Shown: positions 53,556 through 64,000 of the stretch, one piece after another | Position numbering within the stretch: position 1 is the first letter of the stretch | How the letters are laid out: each line of letters starts with the position of its first letter | Assembly: GCA_000165425.1 (NCBI GenBank) | Contig: CT868418.1 | Location: 310,001-374,000, forward strand | Direction of reading: 5' to 3' | DNA from: Paramecium tetraurelia | Taxonomy: Eukaryota | DNA: 64,000 bases | Translations under genes and position numbers: made by a program | The notes under the pieces: generated by a model | Told to the model about the DNA's origin: nothing | The model's input: only the letters and a program-made list of their open reading frames with translations | Databases searched by the model: none

Positions 53556-54884
53556 ATGATGAAATACTTAGTCCTATCAGTTTGCGCATTGTCTGTATTG
53601 GGATTCATTAAACCCCAATATGACTCAGGTATTGATTAGAGCTTGCATTGGGCATAAACTCCCTATCATCCTTTACAACAAAGTGTTGAGTAATTCTTCC
53701 TAATATACATTGATTAGAGTGGGAAGAAGTTTCTAAACATTAGTCAAATTCAACAAGCCCTTCAAATCAACACCCACTGTAATATTGGCACCAATCAAAT
53801 ACGATTTTGGAGATACTTTGCCATAAGGTTTCGATATTCAATTGAGTGCTGTCAATACTGTTGGATTCACAATTACATATGTTGCATTGAGTCCGGCTAC
53901 TATCTTCGGTTTTGATGTATCATGGGCAGCAATTTTGGATAGCAATATCTATACATACGAATTGCAAACAAACAATTTACCAGTTGTCAAATCAAATAAA
54001 GACGGAACCACTAGAGCATAACCATTAGAAGTGATATTCCCAGAAAATTGGTCACTCAAAAGTGCCCCAAATGTTGCCATCTTTATCTTGGGACTTAAAA
54101 TGGTTGAAGCTTGGCCTAAAATTACAGTTAACATGGCAGTCATCACCAAAACATCAGCTTAATTCAAGGTGACTGTTGGACAAAAGGGAACCATCGAATT
54201 CCTTAGAGTCAATATGATTATCGGTGAAAAGGATACCTTGTTAGTTGGAACTATTACACACAAAACAAGTGGAGCTGCTGATCCTTTGAACGCTGTTGCT
54301 CCTGAATCAGAAAGAGTCAAGAAGTACGAAGAGAAGATCACTGATGAAATTTTCCTTAAAACACCAAGATATACATTGTACGGAATCAGTGGTTTATATT
54401 ACAATTATGGTGCATTCTGCAGATTCTTAACTAAGAACTATTTACTTGTTAAAGATAAGTTATCTGTTGAAATCGGAACATGTAAATTTTGATCCATATA
54501 TAAACCTAGGGTAGAATTCATAATTATTGGAAGGATAACTCAATTGGTTCATTTATGTTCCTAAACCGGATGCAGGTGTGTCTGATCCTGATTGTGCTTA
54601 AGTTTGGGAATCATGCAACTATCAAGGAGACTCATTTACTGTATGCAATAGAAAGATGTCTTTCCCCAAAGATGGATGGAACAAACCAGTATTGATTTCA
54701 TATATTCTAGGTTAAAAGTTTCAAAGTTCCTGACGGAAAAGTCCTTAAAGTTTATAATGAAGAAAACCTTAAAGGATTATCAATCAGAATTGAAAAAGAT
54801 TTACCATGCATGGAAGTGCCTAAATTCTCATTCTTACAACTTGTAGGAAGTTTGGGAGATGATAAATTTTGGGAAAGTGACTGA
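53556..54884 (+). CDS. Secreted protein with H-type-lectin-like repeats and C-terminal beta/gamma-crystallin domain
   Basis: Signal MMKYLVLSVCALSVLG. FNKPFKSTPTVIL...GFTITY...FDVSWAA and FPENWSLKSAPNVAIF. C-terminal VWESCNYQGDS...VKSFKVPDG...VYNEENLKG. Three tiny introns. Confidence 0.75.
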
Positions 54885-55193
54885 GTCGACAATATCATTA
54901 AAATTACATTTTATTCCAATATTATTTTAATATTAATTTACGATTATTTATCATCTTTTCGAAAATTTTCTTTCTTTCTAAAAATTTCAACTAAAATATT
55001 AATTGTTTTTTAAATTATATTTTTTTTTATTTATTTTTTTATAATTATAATTTTATTATTTCATAAAAATGTCACTTTATTTCGGGAGTTTAAATTTTAT
55101 AACATCATGATTAGGACAGAATTTTACAGTTTTACGTATTTTTTGGTTGTTTATAATCAAAAATCAAAGTGACGAGAAAGCAGTATTTAAATT

Positions 55194-55367
55194 ATGTTAA
55201 ATTATTTAGGATTCACTTCATCTGGTGTTAGAGGAGATAGTATAGCTTCAAATTATCAGTCATCAAAAGGTAATGTTTCATCCTCCAGCTATTTTTCAAA
55301 AGCTTAGTCATATTCAATGAAAGGGAACTCAAGTTCAAGTGGAGGTGGAAAAGGCAAAGGAAAATGA
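55194..55367 (+). CDS. 57-aa IFI6/IFI27 (ISG12)-like microprotein
   Basis: MLNYLGFTSSGVRGDSIASNYQSSKGNVSSSSYFSKAQSYSMKGNSSSSGGGKGKGK*. GC-richer island in AT-rich DNA with motif LGFTxxG..S.A...QS..GNV...S.F...QS. Confidence 0.6.
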
Positions 55368-55678
55368 TTTATAATAATGTATTCCTTTGAATAATTGAAA
55401 TTTTAAGTTGGTTCTTTTTCAAAATATTCCCCGAAATTTTGTGATAACCTGATATTATAAAATTTGGGATTAAATTATATTACTATATTATAATGAGAAT
55501 TAATTGTAATTTATAATTATAAAGAAGTTTAAACCTAAAATATATATCAACGATGAGTGATTTCTAGAATCAAATGATATATTTTATTTAAAAGAAAAAA
55601 TGATATATTTTAGGTTGCTAATAGATGAATAAGAAATAAAGCAATTTGTGAATAGATAAAATATTCAATTTTGAAATT

Positions 55679-56271
55679 TCAATGATTTATACACTATAGT
55701 GAATAATTTAGCTTAGCCTTTGATGTCGTCTACTTCTCGTGTTTTAATCGTTGGCTTATCTTCATTAGATTTTTTCAAGGATATCATGGTTTCATTTTTT
55801 GTGAGATCCATACTCTTCAGATGGAAACTAGACTTGGTAGTAAATGCTCTTGATCTGTGTATTGGAGAGGTTCTTTAATTGGTTTTTATTGGACTTGATT
55901 TTTGTGGAAATATTTTCTAATTGAGATATATTTAAGGGTTTCTATAATAATGGAATTTATTACTCTTGAATCTAATTTTATTCAACATATAATTTTTATC
56001 TCGTAACTTAGCCTTATTTCAATTAAAACCCATTTAAGGTAGCCATGCTTTTAATTTCATTGACATTCCTTGCAATTGATCTTTTTTTTAGATTCTTATA
56101 AAACATTTTCGCCAATTGAATTCTTTCCTGATGTTCATGTAAAACATATTTGAATACTGGTTGAGGATCTTATTCAGGTATTTAAAGAGATTGTTGTTTT
56201 TAAAGTTAGGCTTTCTTTTTTTCTTGAATAATAGAGAGAATTTCAGGTAGTGAATTTTGTCTTCTAATCAT
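55679..56271 (-). CDS. Hypothetical protein
   Basis: MIRRQNSLPEILSIIQEKKK... with probable tiny introns. Exon structure and 3' end uncertain. Confidence 0.45.
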
Positions 56272-56296
56272 AAATATTAATAAAAAAAGTATATTT

Positions 56297-59200
56297 TCAA
56301 TTAGACACTTCTTCTTCGAATTTGAATTAAGGATCTTAGTACAGGATAGTTTTTTTGTATTCGTTTCTTTTCTTCTTTTCTTAAGTAATCTTATGTTTAT
56401 CATATCCAGAAATGGTGTCTCCTTATTTCTAAAACATCTCCTCTTCTTACAACTGATATCTTTCCAACTATTCTAGGATATTCGCAGATTCCATTGAAAT
56501 TCTCTTCTATTTTTAAGCCCATTATTTCAGTTTGCTCCATCCAACAGATTATGATGGTGGAGGCAATTGCCCTTCATCTGGTAGAAGATTTAAATTTCTT
56601 ATTGATTTTATTTTCTCGTCATCAGAACTATTGTCTTCTTCTAAGTAATGATTATACTAATTTTATACCATAGATTCCCAGCTTTCTTGCCTTCTCTGTT
56701 TTGATGACAGTTTTATAGATGATTTCTTTTTCTACATTTGGAATTTCCAAAAATAGACTCTTTAACTTCTGATACATCACCATGATCATTCCTTCAAACT
56801 TCACAAATAAAGGGAAAGTCCTTCTTGAAACATCATTTATCAAATTGTTATGCTTCTTAGCATACATAGGAGTCACAGGTGAGATTCTTTCTGCCAGCCT
56901 AGTAATAGCTTCTACAAACTCCAACAACTCCATTTTCAAAAATTTGGATTCTCTCAACTCATCTCTTTGAGTTTACATACTCTGAAGATATATCAAATAG
57001 AGTTCCTTTTCAGCTATATATTTTTGCAGTTCAAACTAATCCACAAATAGTTTAAAATCCGATAATGTTATATATTTATTTCCATGTTTCATAGTTTATT
57101 TACAGGCGTTTTCATATAGTATTACCAGAACAGGCATCTTAATTTTGATAGTATAGTCCATTAATTCAGTCCAATAACGGTTGTCTCTCCAATCTTAAGA
57201 GATTCCAAATTTTTACATAAATTTCAATACCTCATCCTATTCAAACAACATTTCCAAGGCCTCAGCCATATTAGTAGCTACTCCCGTTCTAATGTATTGT
57301 TCTTTAGCTAATCTTACTATGATTTCAACAAATTAAAATCTAACCAAGCATTTTTCTTAGATATGAATATAATTGGTTTGTTTCATCACTACATAACTAG
57401 ATAAGAATGTTAATTATAGATCTAAAGAGTTCATCAATGATTTTTCAAGTATGCTTGTTTGAGAAATAAAATCCAAAAAGCTTTGTAAATTGATACAAGG
57501 AAGATCATAATTCAGTGTTTTAGCACAGAAATAATGATAACAACCAATAATGTATTTGTATATCTTCTTCATTTTATCTTTCAATTATTCAATTTCCTAC
57601 TAATTCTGCAAGTGTTTAATCAATTTTCCACATTCAAAGTCGAATTCAAAGCAATCCAAAAGATGTCCCTCAGTATCTGGCTAAAAGTCTTTAAAAATTG
57701 AGTTTTCATAAGACCAAACTCGTTTTTTTGCTTTATTTAAATCAATGTCTATAATTGATTCTGATTCCCTTGGTCTGCATGTTATATTCGCCATGTAATG
57801 CCTAGATGAATCTATAATATCTCCACTCTATTCTGAATGAATATAATTCACTATTGATAACTACACAAGCACTGATGAACCATCTGCATATTATAACTCA
57901 AAGCCTCTTTTCCTTATTTCTTCATTGACATCAAGAGTGAGTGTCTTCTGATCCTTAGCAACAAACCTTACATCATAGACAGGATTGCTAAAAAAGTAAT
58001 GGATCTTTTTATTTGGAGGACACATTCTCTAAAGATAATAGCTATTACCCTATTGATTCATTAAGATTGGCCTATATTATTCAAAATCGACATGCAAAAA
58101 AATTGGATGCTAATATTCGATTCCTGAATAATGAAATTTTATCTCCACCCAACCTTCGCAAATCCAACAATTTTCTTTAGTTTTTATATTTATGCAATTC
58201 ACACTATTGATTCTCTTAAAAAGCTTGGGATCTGACTTATTCTCATCATACTGACACTCTTTAACCAAATAGGCTCTAGGATTTACATAAAAATTATGGG
58301 GATTGCCAGAAAAATGGAACCCAAATAATTGTTGATTATAAATAAGGGCCTTATGGATGGCCATAGCATCTTCATCATTAAATCTATTAAATGATAAGTC
58401 CAGATGAGTTAATTCTGGATGTGGCTTAATCAAAACACTATTATCTAATATAAATATTACTCAGACAAAGCAGAGATAAATTCTTAGTTTTGTCCTAATT
58501 TATTAAATGAAAGGTCTAAGACTTTTAAAAATTAATTCTTTATCAAACCCTTCATTATTGTCAACCCTCCAGCATTTTTAATCTAGTTGAAGTGCAAATA
58601 CACTTCTTACAATGAAGTATTCTTTCATATAACTCATACAATACCTTTTTCAGTAATTAACCTAATGCGTCCATTGGTAAATCAGTAATCTAATTTTTAG
58701 AAAGCTTTAAAACTCGAATTGATTTGCTATCATTCAATGTTTTTAAAATAGTGAGGACAGCAATATCCTTAAGATTATTATCCTCCAAATTTAAATGCTG
58801 AATATTATAATTTCTAGAAGATATATAATTACAAATGCTCTGTATTCCTGATGTGCCAATTTTATTGTTACTGAAATCTAACTCTATTATAGAACTGGGA
58901 AGCCTCTATGTTAAAAGACAAGTTCGATTGTTGTTTAGCTTGTTATTTCTTAATTACAATCGCTTTAAATTATTAAAATGGGAGCTGCTGATCCCCTCAG
59001 CAAATAATTGTACGTATTTATCACTCCCAAATATATTATTGGCTACTAATTTTTCAGGAGAGTCTGTCAATAACTTTAATGTTCTTGGTATCAGTCTCTC
59101 TGTTTATATCTTTTCGCTCATTCTTCCGTATATATTTTTATCAACATGATAAAATTGCTCCATTTCCTTATAACGTTCTGACTTCAGATAATACCTTCTT

Positions 59201-59541
59201 AAACCCTATTCACTTGCATTAGAGAGATTAGGTTTAATCAGTTGTAAATGATTATCAAATACTAAATGCTGATTATCAATTAATAATGATCTTCCTTTAT
59301 CTTATATTTATTCCAAAGAACATAGTTCTTAATCTTGCACCAATTTGTTAATTTCTTTTGCCTAAATTAACATACCATTTACCTCTTCATCATCTTCCTT
59401 ATCCATTTGCTATGTTGGAAATCCAGGCATACTCTAATTTCTTTGATTCGACCTCCCCTTATTTGGTGAATGTTTTGAGTATCCTGTCTTTGTAATTCTG
59501 ATAAGTGATTAAGTCTGATGACTTGGAATCAATTGTTTCAT
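56297..59541 (-). CDS. Large leucine-rich repeat (RNI-like) protein, ciliate-expanded type
   Basis: LDFSNNKIG, LNLEDNNL, LHFNQI, LDLSFNKL, LTHLDLSFNRF, CWICEGWVEIKF, LVRFQFVEII, LLEFVEAITRLA, ending EEEVSN*. Confidence 0.85.
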
Positions 59542-61519
59542 AATATATAATATTCTAAACAAACAAATAATTATATTGAATAACAAACTTTCTTACTAGA
59601 AATTCCTTATATTTGTCATAATAATTATACATAACGAATCTTAATTTTAGGAATCAAAGCTTGTTATTTTTATCCTATTCTAAATTATAATTTTTATTAT
59701 TAGCATATTAAATAAAGTAACATTTTTTCTTAAAATCAATCATTTAATAAATATTAAAAAAGAAATCTGGATAAATCATATTAGGATTGAACAAATTTAT
59801 TGATTTAATATTTATTCAGAAAGATTAAATGTAGTTGAAATTAAATAATAATTTTGAAACTTATAGTGTCCAAGAAATAAAGAGGTTCTATAGAAAATAT
59901 GACTTGAAAAGAGATATTTTCTTTTATATATGGCGATACCTATTTTTAGATTTTTGTATAGCGATCTCTTAAAAAAGTTAGTAAAAATGAATATTTTATA
60001 GTGGTTCTGGAAAATATAATAAAAATAGAATATGAAAATTTACTGATGTACTTATGCTTGTGAATTTTTATATTAGGACTCATTAATCATTATTGAAAGA
60101 TGAAATTATATCTATCTTCAAGACTTTTCGGATTGCATGTGATTTTTGAACTTTCATCTACTTATTTATAAATAGTTTTTAAAAGTCTATGAATATCTAA
60201 ATCATCATTGATTTGTGTTTATTTTATAAAATCTGATTTTACAAACCTCTATCAAACAATTTTAAAAAAATAACCTTCTCTTGTAAATTGATGTTCGAAA
60301 TCAAGAATTTAGCCAACATTAAGGTTCCTAGAATTAATTAAGACTAATTAATCTTTGTATTTTTGTAAAAGGTTTAATCTTTACTTCAAAAATGCTGATC
60401 ATTTTTATTTGATCATCATTCATGAAATTAAAGCAACTTATATTATTAATGCAGCACCAAGTGTAAAAATCTTAAAATTCCAAATTATTCCATCTAATTT
60501 ATTATCAAATATTAATATCTATTCAATTATTCACACTTTAATTATTCCAAAGTTAAATCTGAATATTTTTAAATATATTCAGCCTTTTTAAAATAAAATG
60601 TGTAAACTAAAATTTATTAACTTCAAAAATAATTAACCTCACCCCATCTCATGTTGATTTCATACATAAAATATTCAGACACGAAATGAAAATATAATTA
60701 ATATTTGAAATTAGAAAAATAGTTGTTATATTTAAAATTACCAAAAGATAAAAATAGATTTTAGGTTAGTGAAGAAGAGAAAACAATTTAAAGTTGAAAA
60801 ATGGCGTTCTTTATTATTATTTTCATCTTGAAATATCAAATAAATGAGGAAAAATGTAGAAGGGGGTTATAGAATAATTTCCAGTTTATTATAAACTAAA
60901 GAATTATAATAACAAACTTTAAAACAAGCAAAAAAGAAAACTTTCTATCATCTTATGTATTTCATCAACATAAAAAAATGAAGAAAGTGGTTGTAATTCT
61001 TATTTAAACTTTTGCCTTGAAGTCTTTCCAGCAAATCCTAATTTTTGTTTTGTAATTTGATCGATACACATTTTTGCGGTTGAGATATTAAATAATTATG
61101 ATTTGATGGAAGCTTAAATTGAGATGGAATTAACCAAAAGGATGTAATTGATTCATCAAACAATTAAATCAACCTTTAAATGTTGCATTCACAATATTCT
61201 ATTGATTTAAATAATATTCTTCAAATATTCAACTTATTGTGCTTATTAATTTAATCCTGTGTGTTTGGTGCACAGTTAGAACTTCTGAAGAAAATTTTAT
61301 TTTTATTAATGAATTTTATATTCTAGTAAAACCTACAAATATATAGGTATAGATCTGTTTAATATTAAATATTTGATCCACAATACCACTTTGTGAGTTT
61401 TAAAAAAAATTTTTTAAATAATTTAAAATAATTTAGATTTTTAAAATTTTGATTTACCTGTCATTGATTTTATAATATAAAAAAAGATATAATAGGTAAA
61501 ATTAAAAATAGTATAAAAT

Positions 61520-62410
61520 ATGAGCAAATTTTTGTTACTTTTCATTTTTATCTTGGCAACAACTTAAGCAATAACATTTGATTTAACTAGGCATTGTGCA
61601 TGTGAAGAATTGAATGAAAGTGAATGCCACAGATTATACTAAGTTTGTAAATGGACAACTACTTGTGAAACAATTTTATCAATAGCATCTTTTTGCTCTA
61701 GTTTATAGGAATCAAGTTGCACTAAATTAGAATCATACTATTAATGTGTTTGGGAAAATAAAGCTTGTGTTGAGAAAACATATACATGCGATGACTTCAA
61801 AACAAATCCTGAATGTACCCACGAATTAGATTGTTGGTGGAATAAATCAGGAAAATGTGCTTCATTTACATCTTGTGTTGATTATGATGAAAGCAATTGC
61901 AATCGTTCTGGATGCGAATACATTTCAGGAGCATGCACTTAAATTACATGTTCTTCATTCTAATCTGATCAAGATTGCAAATACATGGATTCTTAACATT
62001 CTTTCTGTAGATGGACGGATGATAATAAATGTCAACCGTTATCTACAACGGCAACATGCACAGACTTAAGTAGCTATAAGTTCAAATGTGAAGACAATTT
62101 CGCGTGTAAATATGAATCAAATTAATGTTCGTTTAGAACATGTGCTGAAATTATAGGTAAGTACAATAATTGTAGAACTCTTCCTATTAGTGGAACCGAA
62201 AAGATATTATGTAGTTGGGATGGAACAACCTGTGCTGATGCAGAGGATGCAAGCGAATTAACAGAAAGTAATTGTTTTGAATGGTCTGCCTATAATTATA
62301 GATGGACATCTGATAATAAATGTGAAGCATGCGATACTTTGGTATCATTTGGTAATTCAACCAGTGCTGCTATCATTCCAGTATTTTTTGCAATTGCTTT
62401 TATTACCTGA
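61520..62410 (+). CDS. Cys-rich, probably GPI-anchored surface protein (mini-antigen type, 296 aa)
   Basis: Signal peptide MSKFLLLFIFILATTQA, periodic C..C.W...C repeats, hydrophobic tail SAAIIPVFFAIAFIT*. Intronless 891 nt. Confidence 0.85.
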
Positions 62411-62638
62411 AAATATAGATATGTTCAAATTTAAATAATTTTATTTTAGTTTCTCTTCTTTATTTGAGATTTATAACAAATAAATTTGGAAATCAATTAA
62501 GAATGTTGAATTTTGAAAAAGGAGTATTGAAATTGATTATGCACAACTAGAATAACTATTGGATTATGAATGAATATTACATTTAATGAACATGATGCTT
62601 CATTAAATCATTTAATAAATAAATTATATTATACACAT

Positions 62639-63047
62639 ATGGCTGAATCTGGAAGAGAAAATTGGGCTGTTGATGAATTACTCAAGGCAGAAGAGGAGGC
62701 AAATGCCATTATTAAGAATGCTTAAAAGGAGAGAGAAAAGAAAATTAAAGAGGCCAAGGTTGCAGCTGATTAAGAAATTGCCGTATTCCGTAGAGAAGAA
62801 GAAACTAGATACAACTAAGAAATTTTAAGAGTAAACTAAAAATTTAGACAAATAGCGTTTTGGATCAACAAAAGAAGAAGAGGAATTGGAGAGAAAGACC
62901 AAAGCTGAAATAGATAAGATTTATGCTGATTATGAAGCCAATAAGTTAGCTGTTGTTGACATGTTGATTAAAAGAGTTATTGAAGTTAAATTAGAAGTGC
63001 CTAGAGTGGTTAAGGGATAATTTGAATAGCCATAATAAACTATATGA
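62639..63047 (+). CDS. V-type H+-ATPase subunit G
   Basis: AVDELLKAEEEANAIIKNAQKEREKKIKEAKVAADQEIAVFRREEE...VVDMLIKRVIEV. One intron at about 62831-62855. Confidence 0.92.
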
Positions 63048-63213
63048 GAGATGATGATGAATTCATAAAAAAATAAATAATATGTATTACATTGTTCTTT
63101 TACTTTCTCCAATATTAATTACGATTTGACAATATTATAATATCAAGTGTTCTATGAATCCCTGTCTTAGAATGTTTGATTACTTAATTTAGAATTATTC
63201 ATAAAAAAAATTA

Positions 63214-64000
63214 ATGAGAGAGATATTTGCAAATTCTAATAATATTAACACAATTTTCATAGTTAAATAGAGTGATGCCAAGAGTTAATTCGATCAAGGA
63301 AGGAAATATTAAGTTCCTGGGATAAAGGAGATATTATTCTAATTCAGATTTTATTTTATGAAAGGGATTTTGAAATATTTTGTTTATAATTTATGGCATA
63401 GTCTTTTACAATCTTATAAAATTCCTTTAAACATTTTGGACAGGGACATTACAAAGAGTCAATGGAGTAATCTACTATTTAAGTATAGGGAATTACAGAA
63501 ATTTAAGCAATTAAAAGAGCAATCTGATCAAAATCAATCTATGGTGCAAATAAATGAAAATATCATTCTTTGTGAATACAATATCACCAAAGATGCTAAT
63601 GCTTGCATAAATAAACTAGATGAAATAATTGATGAAATTAAAAAGCCTTCTCCCTAGAAAAGTAAGTATTTAGAAAATTAAATATTATTAGAGAAGAAAC
63701 AAGAAGACGATAGCATTTTATAATTCAACAAAGCAATTATGTTCTTTTTGAGTGGAAAGGTCAGATAGGCTCACAACCTATTGAAATATTTGAAAGACAA
63801 CTATAACTTGGACATTTACTTAAATATCAAGGTGCATTTGCTCTTAGTTGAAACATCATTTTAATTATAAGAATTTTTGTATGCAAGCGAATTGTATAAG
63901 AAACTATCATCGGAAGATACTTTAAAATCCTTACAAAATAAAATTACCAAGTCCAATTAAGTGGACGATTAATAATAATAATCATAGTCAATCTATACAT
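63214..64000 (+). CDS. TPR-like protein, possibly CNOT10 N-terminus (3'-truncated by window)
   Basis: Open code-6 frame to the window end. NIILCEY...NKLDEI, ILQFNKAIMFF...VHLLLVE resembles the CNOT10 N-terminal repeats. Start uncertain. Confidence 0.5.

Overview
Gene-dense, very AT-rich eukaryotic DNA from a ciliate macronucleus, almost certainly Paramecium (probably P. tetraurelia or a close relative). Genes read through only with translation table 6 (TAA/TAG = Gln, TGA the sole stop). They carry ~20-32 nt GT..AG introns and are often only 17-40 bp apart, so the supplied standard-code ORF track is mostly fragments or wrong frames. Manual retranslation supports about 40 protein genes. Recognisable ones are ATP23-like, four kinases, a DHHC palmitoyltransferase, a ThiF/E1-like enzyme, DCAF7, CPOX, uL22m, an SV2-like MFS transporter, CFAP20/BUG22, an epiplasmin, MCCC2, SUMO, PRA1, an importin-beta, a CKK-domain protein, an H-lectin/crystallin protein, an LRR protein, a GPI surface antigen and V-ATPase G. 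The main highlights are: a 1109-aa intronless GGWG/FRG-repeat protein of the NOWA type; an inverted pair of paralogous 78-aa microproteins; a 57-aa IFI6/IFI27-like microprotein; an ATP23 lacking its HEXXH motif; and two 2-TM, possibly DEG/ENaC-like paralogs, one of them frameshifted. No RNA genes, transposons, telomeric repeats or CRISPR arrays were recognised. All translations were done by eye and no database searches were run.
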